Below are positions 28,601-37,100 of a stretch of 64,000 bases of DNA, piece by piece. The position numbers and the translations under genes were made by a program. The stretch comes from Promethearchaeota archaeon (GTDB lineage: Archaea > Asgardarchaeota > Hermodarchaeia > Hermodarchaeales > Hermodarchaeaceae). Each line of letters begins with the position of its first letter. Position 1 is the first letter of the stretch. The stretch is taken from the NCBI GenBank assembly GCA_048939245.1, contig JBHLPR010000001.1, forward strand, positions 82,622-146,621. Reading direction: 5' to 3'. Below the pieces are notes generated by a model. That model was not told where the DNA came from, did not search any database, and saw only the letters and a program-made list of their open reading frames with translations.

Positions 28601-30376
28601 GTCACCGTTGACGTACCCAGTGGAGCCTCACCCGGTTACTACTCTGGGTTTGTTACGGGAACCTACAGTGGATTCACCAAAGAATTCCCCGTAGTTGTCC
28701 GAGTTGATGGCGATGTTGCCCCTGGCTCAAGTCTCACATGGGGCGGAACAGATGGTCATCCCTATGACAACGGCGCTATCACTGGTGGTCTAGACTGGGA
28801 TGGACGCCACCGCACAGGCGAATGGCGATTCTACATCATCGATGTCACCGACGACCTTGATACAGGTGATAACATTACCACGTGGATCATGACCAACGTG
28901 ACATGGATGGATCCCGACACTACAGTCGATATCTTCTTCCTCATGACAGGCTACGGAAACAATGCGTGGCTCGGTGGAGATTGGTTCAGTTCTGACACCC
29001 AATACGTGACCGGTGGTCGCTGGGATGGTGAATCAACTTCACCAACCAGTCAGGTTCACTTCACCGACTTCGCTTGGGGTGCAGGAGTCTCTGGTACATC
29101 TCGTGGATGGTTCATGCTAGTTCTCCATGTTTCCCGCTATGGTGGAAACTATATCCCTGAGAACCTTACTATCACCGTTACACCAGTGAACAATGCCACC
29201 TTGCCTTCTTACGTCGATTACTCCTTTGCTGGATTCCCGGCTGGTGTGGGCGATGTGAATGTTACCACCTCAACGATTACTAATCAAGAAATTGTTGCAG
29301 ATGGTAGCTATACAGGACCACACGCCAGTCTAACTGCAACTCTCGATCCATACTCGGTTCCTGGATTCCCATCAGTTGAAGTTGACGCTGTGGATCTTCA
29401 GTACCGACTCTCCGATGTTCGAACCTTCACTGGATGGTTCGTTGAAAGCAACTGTACACCTGATTCCAACTATGGTGGCCCACCATGGGATGCCGAGTTC
29501 GAATGGGAAGGAATCGCAGCAGGCATGGCTCTCACTGCTTATTGTGAGTGGTATGCATCACCCGACCTCCTCACACCAGACATTGACTTCTTCCTCTATG
29601 CGCCCAACGGACAAGTCTTCGGCAACTGGAACCCCTTCGATACTCCTGAACTCATCGAAGTCATTGCTCCAGTTAGTGGAACCTACATTGTCGGAGTAGA
29701 CTACTTCGATGATGACTCCGCTTCACCCTATGCATGGGGTCCATGGGACTACATCTACTTCGAAGCTGAATGTAACGCCCAGGCAATTATCAGCAACCCT
29801 GCACCAGGACTTACAGTGACGGTGGACACCCATGATCTCGGCTTGAACACTGCGGTTGACGTTGTGCTCAAAGGCTTGACGGGAACTTCTCTTGATGCAA
29901 CCACACTGATTGAGGTGGCGTATCCGAATGTGACGTTCACCAACTACTTTGAACCCACAATCAGCATCACCAATCCAGTGACCGGTGACGTCAAAGGACC
30001 CGGACCCTTCGCCATCAACTGGACTGCCAGTGATACGAACTTGGATGAGACCCTTTCATTCCAAGTTTACATGAGCAACAACGCGGGAGTCAATTGGAGC
30101 CTTGTAGTGGCTGGAACCACTGATTTGAGCACCGTTTGGGATCCCGATGGATTCTACGGAATGAATGCCACTGACCAGATGATGGCCCGTGTCATCGTTA
30201 CCGATGGAATGTACACCGTAACCGACGAAACTGGTATTTTCACACTGACACCAACACCAGCACCTGGACCACCACCACCGTACGAACTCTACGTGGTTAT
30301 CGCAGTAATCGTCATCGTGATCCTCATCTTGCTGACGACCTGCATCCTCAAACGACGCCAAGTAGCAAAAACCTAA
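25601..30376 (+). CDS. Giant membrane-anchored S8 subtilisin-family serine protease (1591 aa)
   Basis: A signal peptide is present (LWFSTILLVSMFVGISAAP). The catalytic triad and oxyanion residue are intact: GICDTGVDFGHTDL (Asp), YHGTWCAGSAAG (His), FSAGNAGPG (Asn), WGGTSQSAPFTAGVVAL (Ser). The C-terminus is a PPPPYELY linker, a TM segment (VVIAVIVIVILILLTTCIL) and KRRQVAKT. Confidence 0.9.
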   Translation: MNGSLLLPKRSQTALWFSTILLVSMFVGISAAPISQLLAPAFTSSTPSVLPENFFNGNPTTSMPKDVIDPLANINKNLHSWIETGSVPSNIRSRDGASAVILGVTLDVDWDELELLMDIKDVFQVGPGYLVQGWVSTPKNLKAINALDYTGMITGDEYIEFRSDSNQDQPVVDKYVVRDIIGVDDIETYYPDINGTGVTIGICDTGVDFGHTDLAGQLDRDGGLPTTFDPGGNGIMITSYALPVVGGYLLTEGLDFTMWVAAFGGTRLSNTTYGIYTHDLFVGGFGGITSMSGFYKVGMGLIVGSGVARNFFVFMLVDSTTPFVYDTLYIDWETSWAITADYNGIATSVSADWDFTNNAPHQWGDGTEVLAFDADSDGYNDYSAGNLGWTNDIYDLITGDLIGGIDPQGRGFAHFHDSAYHGTWCAGSAAGAGIQTMDIYGNGTLYNLPGIAPGAKVMGLMTLTGGDYLTTWFWGAGYHPATSPPSRPWWLWTYTGAHQADVLSNSWGYVDEFFGGAYNFFWGVDGYSGIVDFLSCGGLEDWNDYAGPPHPAPVFVFSAGNAGPGYGTSGSPAGQTAIMVGASTTAHYAQPTYNNDSSLGAQPYDQIADFSSNGPFPQSSPLPDVVAPGAYAFDISPLTLAYGDGAEAWTTWGGTSQSAPFTAGVVALMKQVNNVAQPDPATRVGGIYESLLKASADDIGQPALRQGAGRINAYRAIEMMFGNATDHFGNPLVYMWSDNTFGEWGTYGDVSGWWRAWYMNMYYGVVAGTNTYSDGDSYYHPGVSGFAGAPNVTWYDAGFTTHSMKAGDTKELQVGAGLAGGTVDLDSMSAEWFTLVNESSQTFTSLSTYTTYPLFATGHFDKAFQAQFMAADYAVIHLNYGADNFEEVYLTNDLFMANYVFLHDWNDTNGNGIIDYQSADSVGEVRRVSYDQTATNCHQIHVGNPGAQWNGNRNATIYYHDVGNEFFLWRSLEVTVTIRLFNRVTWNWFSFVQDSGQIWNVTVDVPSGASPGYYSGFVTGTYSGFTKEFPVVVRVDGDVAPGSSLTWGGTDGHPYDNGAITGGLDWDGRHRTGEWRFYIIDVTDDLDTGDNITTWIMTNVTWMDPDTTVDIFFLMTGYGNNAWLGGDWFSSDTQYVTGGRWDGESTSPTSQVHFTDFAWGAGVSGTSRGWFMLVLHVSRYGGNYIPENLTITVTPVNNATLPSYVDYSFAGFPAGVGDVNVTTSTITNQEIVADGSYTGPHASLTATLDPYSVPGFPSVEVDAVDLQYRLSDVRTFTGWFVESNCTPDSNYGGPPWDAEFEWEGIAAGMALTAYCEWYASPDLLTPDIDFFLYAPNGQVFGNWNPFDTPELIEVIAPVSGTYIVGVDYFDDDSASPYAWGPWDYIYFEAECNAQAIISNPAPGLTVTVDTHDLGLNTAVDVVLKGLTGTSLDATTLIEVAYPNVTFTNYFEPTISITNPVTGDVKGPGPFAINWTASDTNLDETLSFQVYMSNNAGVNWSLVVAGTTDLSTVWDPDGFYGMNATDQMMARVIVTDGMYTVTDETGIFTLTPTPAPGPPPPYELYVVIAVIVIVILILLTTCILKRRQVAKT

Positions 30377-30379
30377 AAC

Positions 30380-30413
30380 AGAGGGGTAACCCCCCTCTCC
30401 CCTTTCTTTTTTT
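30380..30413 (+). terminator. Hairpin plus T-run terminator after the S8 gene
   Basis: The stem agagggg-taacc-cccctct is followed by cccctttcttttttt. Confidence 0.5.
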
Positions 30414-30522
30414 ACTCATTTTGAGAGGACCATCGCTATACATAGGATGACTTTTTTTGAGGTTCTGGTTCGGAAGGCATAAAAGCCCTGCAAAGAATTT
30501 CGTTTTTACTGGGTGATTTCAG

Positions 30523-31089
30523 GTGGCACACCGAATACAACGAATCGGATTATTCTTCGGATCTCATCTTGTCTCCGGCATCTTAACATTCTTAGCAATG
30601 TATGGAGTGGCTAATATCGGTTTAGCTCTTCAGGTGATTCTTTTCGAAGTCAATCCTCACTATTCTTGGATACTTCTTGCACTCCTCTTTTTTTCATGGG
30701 TTCTTACACTAATGGTGCTCCCGATCCAAGCAGGAGTACAAATTTGGAGTCTGGTGCAATTCCAACCGACCCCACTTCTCATCACGTATTATTTTCAGTA
30801 TGATACGACCACAAATCTTCCCCATCGATTTCTGGATCCAGTGCAAAGTCGGATTGGGCTCACAACCGTAATTCTCCTCCTGATCGGTGGTTTGGTGGCT
30901 TGGCCTATCTACTCTTTTTATGGCGCCTTTATCCTTGTTGTGCGATTTGGTGCGCTATTGTTCACTTTGGAATTTGTCATCTTGTTCATCCAAGGATTGG
31001 CTGTGGGTGTCTCAGCTGTTTTCGTCGCGTATTTCATTCTCGCCTCATTGGGAGTGTTAGTTCTCCAATGGCGGCGGCGAGGAAGATGA
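30523..31089 (+). CDS. Multi-pass membrane protein (188 aa), unknown function
   Basis: The ORF starts with GTG and has 5-6 hydrophobic segments. It ends RRRGR. Confidence 0.5.
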   Translation: MAHRIQRIGLFFGSHLVSGILTFLAMYGVANIGLALQVILFEVNPHYSWILLALLFFSWVLTLMVLPIQAGVQIWSLVQFQPTPLLITYYFQYDTTTNLPHRFLDPVQSRIGLTTVILLLIGGLVAWPIYSFYGAFILVVRFGALLFTLEFVILFIQGLAVGVSAVFVAYFILASLGVLVLQWRRRGR

Positions 31090-31104
31090 AAGAAAAGGGG
31101 ATTG

Positions 31105-32391
31105 TTAATCCAATTTCTTGGAAAGTAAACCACCCAATTTGCGAATACCAGCATCAATAGTTTCTGGGTTATTATATGAATAGCTAATACGCATAGTGTT
31201 CAATGCCCGTTCTACGGGTACCAACTCGTCTTGGTCTGGACGGTAGCTCAGACCCATTAATGGATAAAATGCCACTCCAGGCACGTAAATGATGTCATTC
31301 GGAAGAGCAACTTTTTCCAGGAATTGTCTGGCATCAAAGTTTTTGTTTTCACTTTCCCACCAGATAAAAAAGCCTCCTGTGGGATCCGTGCGATTACCTG
31401 ATGGAAAAGTTTCATCAATGGCTTTTCGCATCGTATCGGCTCGTTTCTTATAAATTTCTAAGGCTTGGGGGAGCACTTTGTCAATGTGTTCCCGATAATA
31501 AACATCCAGCATTCTTTGTACGATGGTAGGGCTACAAAGGTCAAGAAACCCTTTGTCCTTGTTAATCTGTTCACGGACTTTTGGTGGAAAAACGCTGTAT
31601 CCAATTCGCAAAACCGCTGCTTCTTTACTGCTGGTTCGCAGATAAGCTACATACTTATTTTCTGTATCCATGGCTTTTATCGGCTTTTCGCGGGGTTCAC
31701 GGAATTGGATTTCTCGGTAGGCGCCGTCTTCAACAATAATAATCTGATGTTCCATGGCAAGGTTGAACAACGCTTCGCGGCGTTTCTGAGGGACCGTTGT
31801 TCCCTTGGGATTATCAGAGTCGGGGACCAAATAAATCATTTCAGGCTTTTTTCCAAGTTCCTTTTTGCAGCTTTTAATTGCTTCTTCAAAATATTCGGGG
31901 ATAGCCCCTTGAAGATCGGTGGGCACTGTGACAACTTGTGCACCAAGTTTAACAGCAGGTACTAAAAAGCCCAAGTACGCGGGACTGGTGGTTAGGATGA
32001 TATCACCCTGGTCGATACAGGTATCTATCATCGCATACAAGGCTTGTTGGGATCCAGTGGTAATGACGATATCCTCTTCCGGCTTCTCAGCGGGAAGCGT
32101 AATGTCATCCTTCTCAATCAACCGCTTTGCTAAGGTTTTTCGCAGAAATGACTTTCCACCCGTAGGACCATAATTAAAATCATCAATCACCCGCTCCTCA
32201 TTTCCTCCCTTAATTTCGGAGAGCTGTTCATGTCCCAGATCAATCAGAATCTGTGCAAGCGTCTCAATTGGGAGTGCGCCAGGTTTCCCACCCCCAAAAT
32301 AATAGGGGACATTATACTTGAGTAGCCGCCGAATTTCAGACTCTGGAATGAATGAAGTCCAAGCTGCAAACTCATATGGTTCCTTACTCAT
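31105..32391 (-). CDS. PLP-dependent aminotransferase, class I/II
   Basis: The fold-type I layout is present. The PLP-lysine context is LRTSSKEAAVLRIGYS (compare SFSK..PGLRLGY). The 428-aa length fits. Confidence 0.8.
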   Translation of the reverse strand: MSKEPYEFAAWTSFIPESEIRRLLKYNVPYYFGGGKPGALPIETLAQILIDLGHEQLSEIKGGNEERVIDDFNYGPTGGKSFLRKTLAKRLIEKDDITLPAEKPEEDIVITTGSQQALYAMIDTCIDQGDIILTTSPAYLGFLVPAVKLGAQVVTVPTDLQGAIPEYFEEAIKSCKKELGKKPEMIYLVPDSDNPKGTTVPQKRREALFNLAMEHQIIIVEDGAYREIQFREPREKPIKAMDTENKYVAYLRTSSKEAAVLRIGYSVFPPKVREQINKDKGFLDLCSPTIVQRMLDVYYREHIDKVLPQALEIYKKRADTMRKAIDETFPSGNRTDPTGGFFIWWESENKNFDARQFLEKVALPNDIIYVPGVAFYPLMGLSYRPDQDELVPVERALNTMRISYSYNNPETIDAGIRKLGGLLSKKLD

Positions 32392-32481
32392 TTGTGATTA
32401 ACACCTGTTAATAAAGGAGGCACCTTCATGAAGCGCTCCCTGATATTATCAATTTATTGCGTGGCGGTTCAAAAAGGGGGA

Positions 32482-33006
32482 TTATTGTTCAAGCTTTTCA
32501 ATGATTTGTTCTGTTAGCATTTGAAATGCATCTTCGACCTTATCGCCACTCATCGCACTAGTCTCAACGAAGGAACAGCCATAGCGTTCGACCCATTTCT
32601 GAATTTCCGCTTTCTTTATTTCACGCTTTTTCTTCAAGTCCGACTTGTTACCAATTAAAAGGATTTCAACATCACCAGCATGTTCTCGGATTTCTCGCAT
32701 CCACGTCTCGATTGCTTCAAGGGTATCCGGTCGTGTGAGGTCGAAAACTAACATCGCACCATCAGTTTGTTTGTAGAAGCTTGAACGATAAGGCGCAAAA
32801 CGTTCTTGGCTGGCAATATCCCAAATGATGAGTCGCGCCACCTTATCTTCGAGTTCAATGATTTTGTATGCAAAGTCTACTCCAATTGAGGCTTTATATT
32901 CGCGTTCAAAGCGGTTTTCAACGTATTTGAGAATCAAGCTGGTTTTACCTACTGCAGGATCACCGACTAAAAGTATCTTAAACTCATAATAGGGCTGTTT
33001 GGCCAT
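32482..33006 (-). CDS. Rab/Ras-like small GTPase (174 aa) with atypical G3 motif
   Basis: G1 is GDPAVGKT, switch I is KASIGVDF, G3 is WDIASQERF (canonical WDTAGQE), G4 is GNKSD and G5 is ETSAM. There is no C-terminal Cys for prenylation. Confidence 0.85.
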   Translation of the reverse strand: MAKQPYYEFKILLVGDPAVGKTSLILKYVENRFEREYKASIGVDFAYKIIELEDKVARLIIWDIASQERFAPYRSSFYKQTDGAMLVFDLTRPDTLEAIETWMREIREHAGDVEILLIGNKSDLKKKREIKKAEIQKWVERYGCSFVETSAMSGDKVEDAFQMLTEQIIEKLEQ

Positions 33007-33043
33007 TGTTCCACACCCGTGCTTAATTTACCATGTTTTTTTT

Positions 33044-33060
33044 CCTATTAAATTAATAGT
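33044..33060 (-). promoter_or_regulatory. Candidate TATA-like promoter element for the GTPase gene
   Basis: The palindromic AT-rich sequence cctattaaattaatagt lies ~40-55 nt upstream of the ATG at 33006. No oligo-T run lies between it and the upstream ABC gene stop. Confidence 0.3.
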
Positions 33061-33129
33061 ACACATCTGCCTCTCATGAACCATCTAAAGGATTGCTTGA
33101 AATCTAACATACTCTCCTTAAGGCTGTAG

Positions 33130-34113
33130 CTATTCTGCTGCTTCTTCTACAGCGAGGTTGGTCCAACTCTTTGTGCGAAAGAAATCATAGAAACTCGCTT
33201 CAACCACAGTTAGTTCGCGCGGAACTAGGTTCTGTCCTCTTAAAGCTTTGAGAAAATCTGGTATATGGTTATGAGGGTACTCCACAAAGGCTTTGAGGCT
33301 TCCTCGACCGGATCGGATAGCCGTTTCGACGAAGGGGATTTCTTCGACCTGCCGGAGGGTATCTTCGGTGAGCCTATCAAATGTTACTTCAATCGCTTCA
33401 CCGCCTCCAGTAAGGGACTGGATCAGCTCATCAGGGTGTCCTTGAAGGGAGATTCTACCTTTTTCAAGGAGAACGACTCGATTGCAATATTCGACGACTT
33501 CCAGGTCATGGGAGATAAGAACCATTGAGGTTCCAAAGTGGTAATTGAGTTGTTTAAGATAATTGAGAAGTTCGTGCCGGAGGTGGGCATCGAGACCTGT
33601 AGTTGGTTCATCCAAGAGTAGAATCGGTGGCTGGTGAATCAGACCAACGCAGATAGAAACCCGTTTTCGTTCCCCACCACTAAGAAACTTGACTGGTTTT
33701 TGCATCAGATCCTCATCAAAGCCTAGTATATCCAAGAGTTCAATAGCTCGCTTTCGTATTTCTTTTCCTTCGAGAGCATACATTCGTCCAAAGAAGTGAG
33801 CGTTCTCCAAGGCTGAAAAAGGAAAGTAAAGACTTTGGTCTTCATGCTGAGGGACATACCCTGTAGCATAATGAATTGCGGTTGCTTCCTTTGAAACATC
33901 ATATCCTGCAATTCGGGCATACCCTGAATATGGTTTCAATTGAGCCGTCATTACCCGTAAACATGTTGTCTTACCAGACCCCGACGCTCCAATGACACCC
34001 AGAATTTCTCGTTCCCTAGTGTAGAAAGTGATGTCTTCAAGAATTTTTACTCGACCAATCTTCACTGCGGTTTGGTTGAATTCAATAATTTTGGGGGGCT
34101 TTTGCTCTGTCAT
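33130..34113 (-). CDS. ABC-2-type transporter ATPase
   Basis: Walker A is GASGSGKTT, the signature is LSGGERKR and Walker B is LLLDEPTTGLD. An extra C-terminal ~90-aa domain is typical of ABC-2 ATPases. The start lies 4 bp from the stop of the upstream giant gene. Confidence 0.9.
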   Translation of the reverse strand: MTEQKPPKIIEFNQTAVKIGRVKILEDITFYTREREILGVIGASGSGKTTCLRVMTAQLKPYSGYARIAGYDVSKEATAIHYATGYVPQHEDQSLYFPFSALENAHFFGRMYALEGKEIRKRAIELLDILGFDEDLMQKPVKFLSGGERKRVSICVGLIHQPPILLLDEPTTGLDAHLRHELLNYLKQLNYHFGTSMVLISHDLEVVEYCNRVVLLEKGRISLQGHPDELIQSLTGGGEAIEVTFDRLTEDTLRQVEEIPFVETAIRSGRGSLKAFVEYPHNHIPDFLKALRGQNLVPRELTVVEASFYDFFRTKSWTNLAVEEAAE

Positions 34114-34117
34114 GAAT

Positions 34118-37100
34118 TTATACCCCCGTCTCCTTTGCTAGTTCCCGTAACCGTTTAAGCATATTTTCGAGTCGATTAGCTGGTTCACCTGAGGTGATTC
34201 TCAGTTTCTCGATACGATCCATACGACGGTCGGTTAGAGTCCACTCTATTTCGCGGATAAGCGCTTGGGTCGTATTCAACGTATTATCAATATTTTGAAT
34301 GGTTTGTTCATCAAGGGTTGGTGTTCGCATCCTTCGTTTTCGACGGTACTGGTTTGTGAAGTAGAGACTGATGATGAGGATAGTGAAAAGTGTGACAAGG
34401 AAAATTTGGATAATCATGATGGTGAGGTAATCTGGCTCTTGGGGAGGTGGCGGTTTCTCTGGGGTAGGAAGATAGTAGAAATGCATGAAAGTCGTGGTAC
34501 TCGAATAATCGCCTGGAATAGTGAAGACAATGATTGAGAAAGTTTGAGGGGTGTTTACGGATTCATCGAGTCCAGTCCAGTTTGCAAAAAAGAACGACCC
34601 ATAGCGCCCCTCTGTCACTTCGAAAGCAATGAAGAATGATTGGGTACGATTCGGAAGAACATAGACAACAAACATGGATAATCCTTCGACACCATCTCCT
34701 GTAGTGTTATATGCATCAATAACAAAACCGGCATCATTCCCAATATAAAATGACGAATTCATACCTCCTGTAATCCGAAGGGTTAGGTGGACAGTTTTTC
34801 GGAACAAATAGTGAATAGTTTGATTAACAAAGCGGAGATTATCGAACTTAAAAAGATACGAATTCCCAAACACAGCAGAACAGCCCAAAACATAGAGTTC
34901 TTTATTATCATCATTCAGGTAGATTCCAAAGTTAGTTCCATTGACCCATGCAAAGGGTTGGGCCGTTCCGATATCAGTAAGAACGGTGCCTTCAATAGTG
35001 CTTATGCTATTTACTCCAGAGGTAAATGGAGCTGAAGGGTGCAATTCAGTGGTATTCAATCCTGTAACTCTCCCCCCCAATTGCACGCCATAACTTGAAA
35101 GCAACTGATTTAAAGTTGTATGATTCGATGATTCGGGCTGATCAGCCAGTACCAAAACTTTGAACCCATTATCAATGAATTCTGAAATCGCGGAGGCCTC
35201 ATTCAGAGTAAATCCTTTTTCAGGGTCACAGAGAACGAGTCCATCAAATAACTGAAGAATTGTTGAGTTGATTTCAGAAATCAGAGGGATCTCTGAGAGA
35301 TTGAGTTGTGCTGAGGCGAACAACTCTCGTAATCGCGAATAGCCTGTGAAAAGGCTATCTCCAATTTCATTAAACAGGGAAAAGAGTACATCAAGATTCA
35401 AATCAGTAAAATCAAAGTCTTCAAGATTCGACAAGTTCAGTCCTTGATTATGAATGGAATCAAAGAGAATGACAGCTTTGGGGTAGGTCACATTGATAAT
35501 AAAGGGGAGGGTGAACTGCCAACCATCAGAGGCGCTTAGACTTAGGTTTCCATAATAAGGTCCCGCTTCAATGAACGTGGGAATGAAGAAGGTGATCTGG
35601 AATTGGGTTCCGACAACTATGTCTGTGATCTGTTCCTTGGCAATCTCGGGTGGAGTATCCCATTGTGTGATATTCCGATCAATAGGAAAATCAAAGGCAC
35701 TCTCATAAAACTCAGCAATTCTGACCGTGAGCGAGTTAATGGGGGTTGTGGTGAGAAGAGTGAAATTGTAGATGGCGTAATCATTAGGGAAATAGAGCAT
35801 CATAGGTCCAAATGGAAGGATGTGGGGAATCAGTAACCGCATTCGAGGTGGTGAACTTATGAACACATCACGGTATACGAAATTGTCCAGGGGATAAAGA
35901 TCTTGAGGACTTGTGTTGAGAATGAGATCAAAGTCGATGGCAGGTGCGACAATCCATCCTGCGAAATAGATGTCTGAGACTTCAGGGTTCCATTCAACCG
36001 AAAGTTTCTGAAATTGGAATGGCTTAAAGATGCCCAATTGAAAATACCGCGCAAAGATAGTACCCCCGAAAGGTTGTGAACGATTGGTGAAATATGCGGC
36101 AATCGAATCGACACCAGCGTCTCCAATATTGAGTACAATCACCGATGTTTGATAAGTTGAATTTGTAGTTCCTGTGCGCGCTAAGTCTTTTTGAATCATA
36201 CAAAGATCAGTGAGCGGAACCGCAACTGAAGCATATTCTGTCTGGTTAATACCATGAACTAACGCTGTGAAATTTTGTCCAAAGCCGAGAGTCATCGAAA
36301 TATTCAACGTGCCTGTTTCTGCTGGTAGATTTCCTAATTGCCATTGAGTGGCAAAGCCCACGCCTTCATCGCTTGAGTAGGTAGGTGTCCCATTTAGCGT
36401 TTCATTTTGTAATTGATCACTGACCTCGTCATAAGCTCCCACTTGAACACTTGAGAAAGGATTTGAAGCATTGATGCCAATAAATTGGTCAATACGGGTT
36501 GTTTCATTTATCGGAAGGACATCTCCACGGATATTAAACATATGTGATGTAGCGTTATAGAATCCTTGCTGAATCGACGTATCATTGGCACCACTGAATA
36601 GGTCGAAATCCCACAGACTATAAAGCCGAATATTGTTGACATTTTCTGACCCAATATTAATGAAAAAGAATGAGATGCGAAACGCATTGGCTGAAGGACC
36701 TGAACTGATTTGCCAAGTCTCAATACGGGGAATTATAAGCAGGTTCTCAAAAGACAGGATACCTGTTGTGCGGACATACTCGCCATAAGGTAAACTGGTC
36801 CAATGGAATTCTTGTTCAATGTCGAGAAAAGTAAAGGGAACTGGGTCATTATCTCCAACGGCAAGATAGAACATCCCAAACAACATGTGAAATAAGGTCA
36901 TGTTGGTGATACTACTCGTAACAAGGGCTCCAATTGCAGTAGAATATGTGCTCATGAGCAAGGTCACATTTTCTGCAGTAGCTTCACTAATGATTAACCC
37001 ATAATAGGGAAGTCCAAGACCGACACTTCGTGCTCGATAATCAGATGAAAATGGATTATGCAGTTCGGATAACTCATTATACGCACGACTTGCACTGAGA

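Noticed and set aside
30230-30376. PGF-CTERM / archaeosortase sorting signal at the C-terminal anchors of the giant surface proteins.
   Set aside because: No PGF, PEF or VPXXXP tripartite motif is present. Only a poly-Pro linker precedes the TM, and one tail is 79 aa long, which is incompatible with a cleaved sorting signal.
31465-31965. 166-aa ORF antisense to the aminotransferase gene.
   Set aside because: The aminotransferase frame carries clear family motifs. The antisense product is Phe-rich and looks like nonsense.
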